This document shows, one piece after another, positions 1 to 12,759 of a stretch of DNA of 64,000 nt; the stretch's first letter is position 1; the number at the start of each line of letters is the position of its first letter. The stretch is from the human T2T-CHM13v2.0 reference genome, Homo sapiens, in the NCBI RefSeq assembly GCF_009914755.1, contig NC_060929.1; one strand, 5' to 3'. Under the pieces are notes generated by a model. The model saw only the letters and a program-made list of their open reading frames with translations, was not told the DNA's origin and did no database searches. The translations under genes and the position numbers were made by a program.

Positions 1-3000
1 GACTTTGCTGACATTGCTTATCAGTTCAAGAAGTTTTGGGGCCGAGACGATTGGGTTTTCTAAATATAAAATCATGTCATTTGCAAACAGAGACAACTTG
101 ACTTCCTCTCTTCCTATTTGAATATTTTTATTTATTTCTCTTGCCTCATTGTCCTGGCCAGAACTTCCAATACTGTGTTGAATAGGAGTGGTGAGAGAGG
201 GCACGCTTGTCTTGTACCCATTTTCAAAGGGAATGTTTTCAGCTTTTTCACATTCAATATGATATTGGTTGTGGGTTTGTCATAAATAGGTCTTATTATT
301 TTGAGATATGTTCCCTCAATACCTAGTTTATTGAGAGTTTTTAACGTGAATGGATATTGAATTTTATCAAATGCTTTTTCTGCGTCTATTGAGATAATCA
401 TGTGGTTTTTGTCTTTGGTTCTATTTATGTGATGGATTACATTTATTGGTTTGCATATGTTGAACCAGCCTTGCCTTGCAGGGATAAAGCTGTGGTGGAT
501 AAGTTTTTTGATGTGCTGCTGGATTTGGCTTGCCAGTATTTCATTTTATTGAGAATTTTCTCATTGATGTTCATCAGGGATATTGGCCTGAAGTTTTCTT
601 TTTTGTTGTTGTGTATCTTCGCGGTTTTGTTATCAGGATGATGCTGGATTCATAAAATGAGTTAGGGAGAAGTCCCTCCTTTTCAATTGTTTGGAATGAT
701 TTCACAAGGAATGGTACCAGCTCCTCTTTGTGTTTCTGGTAGAATTCAGCTGTGAATCCATCTGGTCCTGGGCTTTTGTTTTGTTTTGTTTTGTTTGTAT
801 GCTATTAATCACTGCCTCAATTTCAGAGCTTGTTGTTGGTCTATTCAGGGATTCAACTTCCTGTTTCAGTCTTGGTAGGGTGTATGCCTCCAGGAATTCA
901 TCCATTTCTTCTATATTTTCTAGAGTATTTGTGTAGAGGTGTTTGTAGTATTCTTTGACAGTAGTTTGCATTTCTGTAGGGTCAGTGGTGATATCCCCTT
1001 TATCATCTTTTATTGGGTCTATTTGATTCTTCTCTTTGTTCTTCTTTGTCTAGTAGTCTATCTTGTTAATTTTTTCAAAAAAAACAGCTCCTGGATTCAT
1101 TGATTTTTGGAGAGTTTTTAGTGTCTCTATCTCCATCATTCTTCTGTAATCTTAGTTATTTCTTGTTTTCTGCTCACTTTTGGAAATGTTTGCTCTTCCC
1201 TCTCTAGCTCTTCAGGATTGTGAATGTTAGGGGGTCAATTTAGTATCTTTCTAGCTTTCTGGCATGGACATTTAGTGCTACAAATTTTCCTCTTAAGACT
1301 GCCTGTGCTGTGTCCCAGAGATTCTAGTACATTGTCTCTTTGTTCTCATTGGTTTCAAAGAACTTCTTGATCTTAGCCTCAATTTCATTATTTATCTAGA
1401 TGTCATTCAGAAGCAGGTTGTTCAATTTTCATGAAATTGTGTGGTTTTGAGTGAGTTTCTTTATCCTGAGTTCTAATTTTATTGCACTGTGGTCTGAGAG
1501 ACTGTTTTCTACGACTTCAGTTCTTTTGCATTTGCTGAGGAGTGTTTTATTCCAATTATGTGGTCAATTTGAAAATAAGTGCCATGTGGCACTGAGAAGA
1601 ATGTATATTCTGTTGATTTTGGGTAAAGAGTTCTGTAGACATCTACTAGGTACACTTGATCCAGAGCTGAGTTCAAGTCCTGAATATCCTTATTAATTTT
1701 CTGTCTTGTTGGTCTGTCTAATAATGACAATGGAGTGTTAAAATCTCCCACTATTATTATGTGGGAGTCTAAGTCTTTGTAGGTCTCTAAGAACTTGTTT
1801 TATGAATCTGGGTGCTCCTGTATTGGGCACATATATATTTAGAATAGTTGGCTCTTCTTGTTGAATTGTTCCCTTTACCATTATGTAATGCCCTTCTTTG
1901 TCTTTTTTGATCTTTGTTGGTTTAACGTCTGTTTTGTCAGAGACTAGGATTGCAACCGCTGCTTTTTTCTGCTTTCATTTGCTTGGTATATTTTCTTCTA
2001 TCCCTTTATTTTGAGCCTATGTGTGCCTTTGCATGTAAGATGGGTCTCCTGAGTACAGCACATCGATGGGTCTTGACTCTAACCAAATTGCCAGTCTGTG
2101 TCTTTTAATTGAGGCATTTAACCCATTTACATTTAAGGTTAGTACTGTTGTGTGTGAATTTGATCCTGTCATCATGATGCCTTTTGGTTATTTTGCACGC
2201 TAGTTGATGCAGTTTCTTCACAGTGTCATGGTCTTTATGTTTTGTTGTGTTTTTGCAGTGGCTGGTACTATTTTTTCTTTCCATATTTAGTGAACCTTAC
2301 AGGAGCTCTTGCAGGGCACACCTGGTGGTAACAAAATCCCTCAGCATTTGCTTGTCTGGAAAGGATTTCATTTTTCCTTCACTTATGAAACTTAGTTTGG
2401 CTGAATATGAAATTCAGGGTTGAAAATTCTGTTCTTTAATAATGTTGAATATTGGTCTCCAATATCTTCTTGCTTGTAGAGTTTCTGCTGAGAGGTCTGC
2501 TGTTAGTCTGATGGGCTCCTGTGGTAAGTGATCTGTCCTTTCTCTCTGGCTGCCCTTAACAGTTTTTCCTTCATTTCGATCTTGGAGAATCTGATGATTA
2601 TGTGTCTTGGGGTTGTTCTTCTCATGGAGTATCTTAATGGTGTTCTCTGTATTTCCTGAATTTTCATGCTGGCCTGCCCTGCTAGGTAGAGGAAATTCTC
2701 CTGGATAATATCCTGAAGTGTGTTTTTTCCATTCTCCTCATCTTCTTCTGGTACCCCAATCAATTGTAGGTTCAGTCTTTTTATGAAATCCCATATTTCT
2801 TGTAGGCTTTGTTAATTTCTTTTCATTCCTTTTTCTCTATTCTTTCTGCATGTCTTATTTCAGTAAGGTCATCTTTAGAATCTGATATTGTTTCTTTTGC
2901 TTGGCTGATTCAACGGTTGATATTTGTGTATGCTTCACGAAATGCTCATGCTGTGTTTTCCAGCTCCATCAGGTCATTTATGTTCCTCTCTAAACTGCTT

Positions 3001-4564
3001 ATTCTAGTTAGCAATTCCTCTACCCTTTTATCAAGGTTCTTAGCTTCTTTGCATTGGGTTAGAACACACTCCTTTAGCTCATCATAGTGTTTTATTACCC
3101 ATCTTCTGAAGCTTACTTCTGTCAATTTGTTCATCTGATCCTCCTTCCAGTTCTGTGCCCTTGATGGAGAGACGTGGCAATCATTTGTAGGAGAAGAGGT
3201 ATTCTGGCCTTTTGAGTTTTCAGCATTTTTTTTATTCTTTCTTATCTTAGTGAGTTTGTCTAGTTTCGGTCTTTGAGGCTGCTGACCCTTGGATGAGGCT
3301 TTTGTGGGGGTCTTTCATTGTTGTTGTTGTTGTTGATGCTATCGTTTTTGTCTTCTGCTTGTTTGTTTTTCTTTCAATAGTCAGGTTCCTCTTCTGTAGG
3401 GCTGCTGCAGTTTTCTGGGGGTTCACTTCAGGCCCTATTCATCTGATCCTCTCCCATGCCTGGAGGTGTCACTCAAAGAGGCTGGAGAGCGGCAAAGATG
3501 GGTGCCTTCTCCTTCTTCTGGGATCTCTGGCCTCAAAGGGCACAAACATGATGCCAGTAGAATTGCTCCTGTATAGGGCATCTAACAACCTCTGTTGGAG
3601 AGTCTTATCCAGTTGGGTGGCATGGGGAGCAGAACCCATTTAACAAAGCACTTTGTCCCTTGGTGGAGAGGGTGTGTTTCGCTGGGGGGAAACCCACTTG
3701 TCTGTACTGCCTGGATTCCTCAGACCTACCAGGAGGAGAGGCTAAGTCTGCTGGTCCACAGAGACTGTGGCCACTCTTCTCCATAGGGGCTCAGGCCAAG
3801 AGAGATCTGAATTCTGTCCCTGAGCCTCTGGCTAGAGTTACTGGAGATCCTGCAGGGATGCCCCACCCACTGAGGAAGGATGGGTCAGGGTCAAAAAAGG
3901 ATCTCTGGCCTCAGACTGCCATAGCTAGTGTGTTGGGCTGTGGGGACAAGCCTTGGGACTGAGATGTCCAGCCTCCTTGGCTCCAGCAGGGGAAAAGTGC
4001 AGCCTGGAGCTACAGAAATGGGGGCCGTCCTTCCCCCGCCCAGCGAGCTTAGTGTTAGGCAGTTGGGAGTCCCAGTGCTGGCTGCTGCCCCTTCCACAAG
4101 GAGCTCGAAGGTCTTGGACAGCAGGCAACCTCAGCCCGTGCTCGTCGCCCCTACCCCTGGGAGTTTGGTAGGCTTAAGCAGGTTCCCGCTGAGAGACTGT
4201 AAGATTCCGTGCTTTCTGGAGTTGGCACACTAAGCCCTGGTGACTTGGGTTCGCTAGCGGGATCTTCTGATCTGTGGGTTACACAGTTCCATGGAAAAAA
4301 GCACAGTTTCCCCTGCTGGGTAGCAGCTCAGTCACTGCCTCCTTTGGCTCGGGGAGGGAGTTCCCCTTCCCCGTGTGGCTATCAGGTGGGCCGATGCACC
4401 ACACTGCCCTTCCTTCTCTCCGCGGGTCACGCCAGCCTTCCAGTCGATTTTGAGGAGAGCACCTGGATACCTTGGTGGCCAGTGAAGGATTCACACCCTT
4501 ACTATATTTTTTCGATGGGAGTCTGGAAGGCTGCTGCTTCTAGCCAGCCATCTTGGCCCGGCCC
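1..4564 (-). mobile_element. LINE-1, 5'-complete, older primate type (approx. L1PA8-L1PA12); 3' part of ORF2 continues beyond the left edge; inactive
   Basis: Minus-strand ORF fragments match L1 ORF2 ([23 protein letters not shown]) and ORF1 (IQEIQRTPLRYSMRRTTPRHIIIRFSK). 5' end reads GGCCAAGATGGCTGGCTAGAAGCAGC on the minus strand. Many stops and frameshifts. Confidence 0.95.
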
Positions 4565-4741
4565 TGCTTCTATTTTCTGTTTCAAACCATGCCCCGTCAC
4601 CCCATCATCCAATTTTTAACCTTGTTTAGGGATCTTCACCTCTAATAATTAATCAATTACTCTTTCTAGTCCTCTATGTATTAATTGGCTTCTTCTCTGT
4701 AATAAACATACTCTATTCTGTCTCGTCTTTTTCTTTTGCCC

Positions 4742-5048
4742 TTTTTTGTTTGTTTGTTTGTTTTTTGAGACAAAGTTTCTCTCTGTCCCCCAGGCTGGAG
4801 TGCATTGGCATGATCTCGGCTTACTGCAGCATTTGCCTCCTGGACTCAAGTGATTCTCCTGCCTCGGCCTCAGGAGTAGCTGGGATTACAGGTGCCCACT
4901 GCCACGCGCAGCTTATTTTTGTATTTTTAGCAGAGACAGGGTTTCGCCATGTTGGCCAGGCTCCTCTCAAACTCCTATCCTCAAGTGATCCGCCCATCTC
5001 GGTCTCTCAAAGTGCTGGGATTATGGGCATGTGCCACCGGGCCCAGCC
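4742..5048 (-). mobile_element. Alu (AluS-type), full length
   Basis: T-rich/(TTTG)n tail, then both arms of antisense Alu, ending gcccagcc. Confidence 0.95.
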
Positions 5049-5081
5049 TTCTCTCTCCTTTCAAAAGTTTAAACTTTTTCT

Positions 5082-5300
5082 GATTGGGCGCAGTGGCTCA
5101 CGCCTGTAATCCCAGCACTTTGGGAGGCCGAGGGGGGGGTGGATCACCTGAGGTCAGGAGTTCAAGACCAGTCTGGCCAACATGGTGAAAACTTGTCTCT
5201 ACTAAAAATATAAAAATGAACTGAGTGTGGTGGTGTGCGCCTGTAATTCCAGCTGCTGCGGAAGCTGAGGTGGGAGAATCATTTGACCCCCAGGAGGCAG
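5082..5300 (+). mobile_element. Alu (AluSx-type), lacking the last ~80 nt and poly-A
   Basis: gggcgcagtggctcacgcctgtaatcccagcactttgggaggccgagg...; homology stops at caggaggcag. Confidence 0.93.
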
Positions 5301-7451
5301 TTTAAACTTTCTACCACCCTGTTTTCCTCACCATGTAAAGCTCCTTGTATCTCCTACCAAGTATCTTGGACATTTTCTGTATTTCATGATTCCTGTCTTC
5401 TCTTTTGTACGCCTCAAGCCACAGCACTTTCAGCTGACACTCTTCAGATTACAGAAGTATGTTATAAGAAGATCTCAAATACAGTCAAGATAAACTCCGT
5501 GAAAGTATTTTGATAGACTGTCTGGTAGGTGTTGACAATGCTTCTTTTTGCTCATCTGTCACCATCGTCTGACGGTTTCTTGTCACTGTCTTTGGCTTCA
5601 CACACTATTCTGGCTTTACTCTATCTAATGCAATACGTAATTTACTATGAAAGAAGTTTTGTTGCAATCCTGATCAAATTTTTTCTGTAGTCCAACAATT
5701 ACCTAAATTATTGAAAGCAAAATAAATAACCACAATTTTGAGGCAATGTGGTGAAATTGTATGTCTTTGTTGTCTTGGGTGTAAAGAAAGAAGAAAAAAT
5801 AAAAACAATTTTTTTTTCCATGACGAGACAATTGTTGAGTCCTAATCCACAAATTTTAATGTTTCTACTAATATTTTAGAGCAAGTTCTTAAGAATCAGT
5901 AATTAGAGTCTCTGCCATTTCTAGTCAGCATGCATGTGGGTGTGGGTGCAAGTTTAGGACTTTCTCAGAGTAGTCTTTGGCTTGTCATCCCCATGAGTAC
6001 ACTGATGGAATCAAAGAAACTTTTCTATTTTTGAGTTTCTTTTAAACACTTGAAAGACCATAGATGTTTCTTACTAAGGTGACATGTTTTTCTGTCAAGA
6101 ATAAGTAAAAAAAAAAAGAAAAAAAGGAATTGGATTAAAAATAATAAAGAAAATCTTCACAGATAGAACACCTTTGATGCTAGAAGCTCCAAACATGACT
6201 TATTCATCCTACATCTAAGAGATCATCAACAATCCCCAAAGAAGTTTCATCTTCTGTTATGAAAATCATCGTCTATAACAGAAAAATAACTTTTTCAAGC
6301 AGGTTTTTAGATAGTGGATTTGTATTCATGCTCTCTACAATGGACATGTGATTTCGAAGATGAAGAGTCTTCCAGCGTTTGATTGAACTAGGGGTAGAAT
6401 TATTAACTGTTTATTCTTTAAGTAAAGTTGTTTTTGAGTGAGAGAAATTTATACCTCAAATTCAGTCTAATTAAACCAAACAGACGTTTATTTATTGCTT
6501 GACTGACTTTGTAGGTAGTAGATGTATTTTGGCCAAGTGTATAAGGTAATTTTTTGTTTAATTGAAGGCCCTGAACTCACTAATATGGAATGTTGTTTAA
6601 AAGTAAAAGTTTGCAACTAGCTACCAAACTGCAATAAAAGAAGATACATGAATGAATATGTGAATCTTTCAGTGCTAGGAGAAGCATCCCTGCATCTTTG
6701 GGTTGACAAAAGTAAAGCTTTGTCTGTTTTCCACAAAAATAAATCTCTAATCACCTGAATAAAAGGCTGAGAAACTCTTTGCACAGTTATTTCTTAGAAA
6801 AAATTAACAATACGAAAGCATATTCTTAATGTTTTCCATGGTGACGCAAATAGCATAGAAGCTGCAGCCCATCCTAAACATAGCCCGAATGAATTGAGGA
6901 CAAAGAAGGAGATGCAACCTGACTTCAGTTTAAAATGTCTTAGAGAATCCTGACATTCCTGAATTACAATCTAGTCCACTAGATCACAGAAGGGTCACTT
7001 GCATTTTTCATATTTTTAGTGCCATCGAAACTTAAAATATAAATTGGTTGGTTTGAAAAATGCTACACACATTGCCACATCAATGACCTCTCAGTAATAT
7101 CAACTTCAAAATAAGGTTAAATAACAGTATCTTTCATGTCACTTTTGAATCTGAGCAGAATTACATTTATTTTTATGTGTACTATTTAGATTTTTTCTAT
7201 ATCTTATTAATTGTCTTTTATTAAAAACAAAATATACATGTATATGGGTGTGTGTATGTATATTTATATTATCATATCATTTATATTATTTCTACATGTT
7301 ATAAAACATATATTTTTATACACAAATATATTTTATGCACAATAGATTTTATAACATGCAGACATAATTTAAATGAATTTCTAATTTACTATGTATATTT
7401 AGGTCTTAGCGTAGTCATTTGCTTGTCATTTCTAATTTACTATGTTTGGTT

Positions 7452-7807
7452 ATGTCTTTTGTCTGCTACAACAAAATGTCTTTTGTCTGCTATCCCATAG
7501 ACTGGGTGGCTTAAAAAATGAACATTTATTTCTCACATTTCTGGAGGCTGGAGGGTACAGATTAGGGTATCAACATGGTTGGATTCTGGAGAGGGCCCTT
7601 CTCCTGGTTTCCCCGTGTGGCAGAGAGAAAGACAGAGAGAAAAAAATTTTCCCATTTGTCTTCTTTTAACGGCACGAATCCCAGCCTGAGGGCCCTGCCC
7701 TTCTGACCCAATTACCTCTCAAAGTCTCCACCTTCTAATTCCATCTGATTGGGGGTTAGGATTTCAACAGATGAATTTTGGGGAACACAAAGATTTGGTT
7801 CATAGCA
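7452..7807 (-). mobile_element. MaLR solo LTR (MLT1A/MSTD-like)
   Basis: catagactgggtggctta...atttatttctcacatttctggaggctgg...gggggttaggatttcaacagatgaattttgggg...catagca. Confidence 0.85.
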
Positions 7808-8009
7808 ATATAGTCATGCACATTTTCTGTGTAGGGGCATTTTAACCACGCTTTCATTTTAAAGCAATCATTGATTTAGCTATGTATAAATCCTGCTATT
7901 CTAAATGTTGGAATTCTCCAAAGTTCTGTCCTCATATTTCTTATGTCCTCATTTCTTATGTTCCTTACATCAAGTCCCCTGGATTCCGTTACAAATCTGA
8001 TTCCAGTCA

Positions 8010-8268
8010 TTAGTTTCAAGAAGCCTTCTGAGAACACGCCTCATCTTGACTGTGTGTTCTTCTTATGTGCTTCCATCATATCCGTGTTCTCTAGCACACT
8101 TACCACACCACACTCTAACTGCCTTTTTATTTGCCTGCATTATATACCAGATTTTATGGCCTGTGAAGTGAGGGGCCATCTCTCTAATGTGCACATATTA
8201 AAGATAGCACATAACACAACATGTGGCAGGCAATAGCTGGTCAATAAATATCTGTGGATGACTGCATT
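8010..8268 (+). mobile_element. L2 3' end fragment
   Basis: Degenerate L2 terminus ...tagcacataacacaacatgtggcaggcaatagctggtcaataaatatctgtggatgactgcat. Confidence 0.6.
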
Positions 8269-8349
8269 TGAGTCAAAGTCTCCTGGCATTTTCTAGTGTT
8301 ACAAATAATTTTTATTCTTTGAATTCTGTCTCTCTACTGAAAACTTAAA

Positions 8350-9250
8350 CCACTAATGATAATATGACTTAAGTGTTTGTTCCAGAAAATTATTGTGCTG
8401 AAAGATAAGACTATAAACCAAAAAATAACTACTCTTTCCTCCAGAAAAATTACTAAACTTCTCTGTGAAAACTACTTGCTTATAAGGCAACTGTTAGCCT
8501 AGAAGGACTTGTTTCAGACCCTGGCCTCACTTTGTCTACTGATCATAAACTACTGTTCTGTAAACTTTGCCCTATTCCAGCTATTTACTCTCTCTGAGAA
8601 ATACACTTTAGACCAGGGGTCCCCAAACCCTGCTACAGCTGGTGGTAAGCAGAGGGTGAGCGAAGCTTCATCTGTAACAGCCACTCCCCATCACTCACAT
8701 TACCACCTGAACTCTGCCTCCTGTCAGAGCAGCAGTGGCATTAGATTTTCTTAGGAATGCAAACCCTAGTGTGAACTGTGCGTGCAAGGATCTATGTTAC
8801 CCGCTCCTTATAATAATCTAATGTCGGATGATCTGTCACTGCCTCCCATCATCCCCACATGGGACCATCTGGTTGGAAAACAAACTCAGGGCTCCCACTG
8901 ATTCTGCATTATGGTGAGTTGTAGAATTATTTCATTATATATTAGAATGTAATAGTAATAGAAATAAAATGCACATTAACTGTAATGCACTTGAATCACT
9001 CTGAAACCATCCCTTACCCTGGTTTGTGAAAAATTGTCTTCCACGAAACCAGTCCCTGGTGACAAAAAGGTTGGGGGCTGCTGCTTTAGACCAATGAAGT
9101 CCATACTTCAAAACCTGATAATTAACTATCTTCCTTCTTTTGAACAATTGCCAAAATGATATTTTCTCTTATGAGTTAAGTTAAATTAACTCAGCTTTTC
9201 ATTGACCAATACATTGTTCTAGTTGTATTTATGGGATTCAAACAGTCAAC
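8350..9250 (+). mobile_element. Old ERV1-class LTR (MER90/MER110-like), split by MER1A
   Basis: Resembles the LTR at 20730-21150; sequence continues on both sides of the MER1A TSD. Family and boundaries are approximate. Confidence 0.4.
8614..9083 (+). mobile_element. MER1A (hAT-Charlie non-autonomous DNA transposon)
   Basis: TIRs caggggtccccaa ... ttgggggctgctg; perfect 8-bp TSD ctttagac (8606-8613, 9084-9091). Confidence 0.93.
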
Positions 9251-10004
9251 ACTACCAATAATTTAAAATTCCTGTGAGAAGGAACCTTATCTTACATTCT
9301 CTTTTATTCCACTCTTTGGCTCGTGCATCTGTGTTATACTGCAAATGACCATAGACAAAGTAACTATTTGCCTGAATTTTCCAAATGTTTCTAGCACAAA
9401 GTAGATAATGCACGAACTATTTAAACAGCTAATACTGTGTTTTAAAACAGTTACAATATTGTGCATTTCTCACAGATCAGTTTCTAGCACCAAAGAGGTG
9501 TGTTCTTGAATGTAATTTGTGTTCCTGAATTTCCTTTAAATGTCATGGTTTGTTCTTTTCTCTCTATGTGGGAACATAAATAAACCAATACCAGATTTGG
9601 GTTTGGTTAATTTTACTGGGGGGTGGGAGGTCCCTAAATCTCAAACAGAAGGTATGAGCATATTTTTAGGATTTGAACACAGCAACGGCATTGTAAAATG
9701 TGCTTTGTTGGTGCTCCAGTTCAACATAATTACATGTTATATGTACTATGTTTAAATTGGCAGGTGTGAATAACTCTAGTTAAATTTTGTATTAGAAAAG
9801 TAAGTTTTTTATTTTAAAAAGACAATTTTTGATAGCTAGTTAATCTTTTTCTTAACTTAGAACTTTTGAAATGTAAAACTGTAGCAAGGAATTTAATAAA
9901 AGAAGATGTTAGCTTTTCATTACAATATTTCCTTCATTTCATCTTTTGGAAAAAATTGAAAAGACAGAGTTTTTGTTTTTGTTGTGATTTTTTGAGGAGG
10001 GTAG

Positions 10005-10242
10005 ATAATAACTCACTGCAAAGGTTTATCACAGCAAAGGATACAAAGCAAAAGCATCAGAAAAATGATGAGTCCAAAAGGAATCCAGGGAGGTCTAGCA
10101 CAGCCTTCCAGGAGCTCTCTGGTCTGAAGCCACACAAGTGTGCTCATTTTCTAGCAGTGAACAACAGAGACACGAGAAATGTCTCTGCCCAGGAAAACCC
10201 CAGTGAGTTTCAGGACCTAAGACTTTCATGGAAGGCTGGTCC
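10005..10242 (-). mobile_element. LTR fragment (MER77/MER68-like)
   Basis: cacagcaaaggatacaaagcaaaa...ccttccaggagctctct...ggctggtc resembles the MER68/MER77 group. Confidence 0.5.
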
Positions 10243-11231
10243 CAGTTTTAATTTTTAAGTCTAATTTTTATACAAAAATTCTATTTTGTTCACAAATCTC
10301 AGTAAGAAAAAAAATGAGTCAATAACAAATTTAATTGTCTGTTTTTAAAATCTCATAGATGACTTATTTTAAAAGTACCACTTTAAAACATTATATTAAT
10401 TCATATCAATTATCTAATTACAGAGCTCCAGCCTTAGGTGTATTTTATCCCTTTGTTGCCAAAACAAGAACAAAGTTTACCATGACGGAAACCCTTGTTG
10501 ACTTTCTGAGGATGCAAGTAATTATACAAATTACCCTCTTATGGAAGTTTCTGGAAGGAAAGATGATTTCTTGAAAGGAAAACAAAAGAAAAATAAGAGT
10601 CAGTATAGATGGACTGAAGCCATGATGAAGAGATGATGGAGTAATAATTTCACTTCAGTATAACCACAGGACTTGGAACTCGAAGGCTAATGTTAATACA
10701 TGTAACTCCTCCAAAACAGCCAAGCCAGAGAAAACTCTAGATACAGAGCCTCTTCTGTTGCACTCTTCATGCTTTCCCCCATAGCTACTAGTCCTGACTT
10801 CCTTGAACCCTCTGACCCTTTCTAGATAGAGTCTAATTTTGACTTTCATAAGTAACATCTAACTTTCATGATTAAGATCTAGGGCCCACACATTTTATGA
10901 GTTTCAAACTTGGCTAACAGTTTCTGATTTCATTAAGAAACATTTTGTAGTTCATGATGAAAAACAAAACATAACATTTTTGAAAATATACGTCATTTGT
11001 GACCCTGCAACTCCATAATGAAAGATAAAAATTAGCAGACATAAGGACTTTTAATAACTTTAAAGTATTTTTTTTATGTTTTAGACACTGAACTGCAATG
11101 ATATCTTGCTACTAAATGGTAGTATGTGCTAGAGTCGTCAATATCAGATGGATAAAATTTGGGCTTTTTCCAAAAGCCCAAAAGTAATCTAAATCCCAAA
11201 ATCAAAAGATTAAAACTAATCCACTTACTTC

Positions 11232-11526
11232 TTTTTTATTTATTTTTATATTTATAATTATTTTTGAGACAGGATCTCACTCTGTCATATAGGCTGGAGT
11301 TCAGTGGCACAATCATGATTCACCACAGCCTCGACCTTCCAGGCTCAGGTGATCCTCCCATCTCAGCTTCCCGAGTAGCTGGGACTATAGGCACCTGCCA
11401 CCACATCTGGCTAATTTTTGTATTTTTTGTAGAGAAGGGATTTTGCCATTTCACCCAGGCTAGTCTGGACTCCAGGGTTCAATTGATCCACCTGCCTCAG
11501 CCTCCCAAAGTGTTAGGATTACAGGC
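11232..11526 (-). mobile_element. AluJ (Jb-like), first ~20 nt missing
   Basis: Antisense Alu with J diagnostics (ggctcaggtgatcctcccatctcagc). Confidence 0.92.
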
Positions 11527-12759
11527 CTCCATTCACCCTTAAAAAGTAACTGATAATTGTGCTATAAAACTCAGAAACATGGTATTTCAGATGTGATTTA
11601 CTTTCTAGGATATTTTTTTTGTGGCTATTATCATTTTTTTTTAGATTAAGAAAAATAATGCACTAAGATCAAGATTTTCAGAGAGATGGCAGGAACTGTA
11701 AGGGATGAGATTATATTAGTATAATGTCTGGAAACACAGTCTGAATCTAAGAAATCAGGCAAAAGAGATGAAAACTCCATGTAAGAAGAATAATATACAT
11801 AGGAGTATATAATCCAGGCAACACTAACTCTGGAAACCCTGCATATCATCTGTATGAGAGGAGGTCAGGATCTGAGAAGCCTGAAGTCTCTGGAGCAGAA
11901 ATTCCCTTAAAATACACTAATTTCCACTGCTTCCCTCCTCCCTCTTAGAGTCACACTAGGAGTGTGGGTTGAACACTAGAGTGTCTGAGTAAAGAAGCAG
12001 ACACTAAAGCAGTTATAAAACAAAACATTTGCAAAGTGCGTTTGTTTGACCTCATTCTGAATCAAAATTTACTCATGTTTCAAAACCATGCCCAAAAGTA
12101 ATCTAAAACCTCAAATTAGTATACTTTAATAAAGTAATTTTTAAAAGGAAAACAAACAGTAAATTGGGTAACTACATTTATTAAATGAAGTAAAAATAAT
12201 TATTTAAATTTTATGAAGTAGCTTTTACAAGGTTCATGATAGGAATTCTTTATTCATATTTTCTACTTAAATAAATATCTGTCCCAGAAAGGCAAGCAAG
12301 TGGAGGAAAATGATAATTAGATGCTATTTTTCTATTCAGGGAGAGACCTTTATTATTCATGTAGCCATTTATATTGATTTAGAAATATTTGTAGAGATGT
12401 ACAGAGTTCTATTTCAGAATTTTATTTTCTTAACATTACAAGTATCATCCATATTTGAGAACAGTGTAAATAATCAGATATGCTTTTTAGTCAAAAACAT
12501 GTTTGCATATTTATTGAAAGATAATATTATTCTTATATTTGAAAGTTTTAGGCTCTAACTCAGAAGTACATATATGCAATATAGGCTTCTGTTAGGATTT
12601 CATAATTCTGATTTCATAGAAATAATTTCACATTGAATAATAAAAAGACAGTGAAGGACAGAAGAGCCTGGGGGGTTGGGGGGAATAAATAATTTTAGGA
12701 TTAGAAATTTCATAAAGCTCCAAATGTATATATTGGCAGTTAATAAACACTTCTATATT

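Noticed and set aside
3293-4619. Cluster of overlapping ORFs in GC-rich sequence, also at 36164-37279
   Set aside because: GC-rich L1 5' UTRs are stop-poor; no homology to ORF0 or known proteins recognised.
4750-5109. Alu-derived ORFs here and at 11264, 24288, 33197, 38506, 39778 and 40323
   Set aside because: Typical antisense-Alu translations ([19 protein letters not shown]).
5330-6400. Possible processed pseudogene near the A-run at about 6107-6125
   Set aside because: No sustained frame, recognisable protein, or TSD in the frames I translated.
9866-10258. 130-aa plus-strand ORF
   Set aside because: Mostly overlaps an LTR fragment, starts at TTG and has no recognisable domain.
11177-12115. 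Similar ~25-bp motifs gcccaaaa(a)gtaatctaaa near 11177 and 12090
   Set aside because: Short and AT-rich; may be chance, with no surrounding homology.
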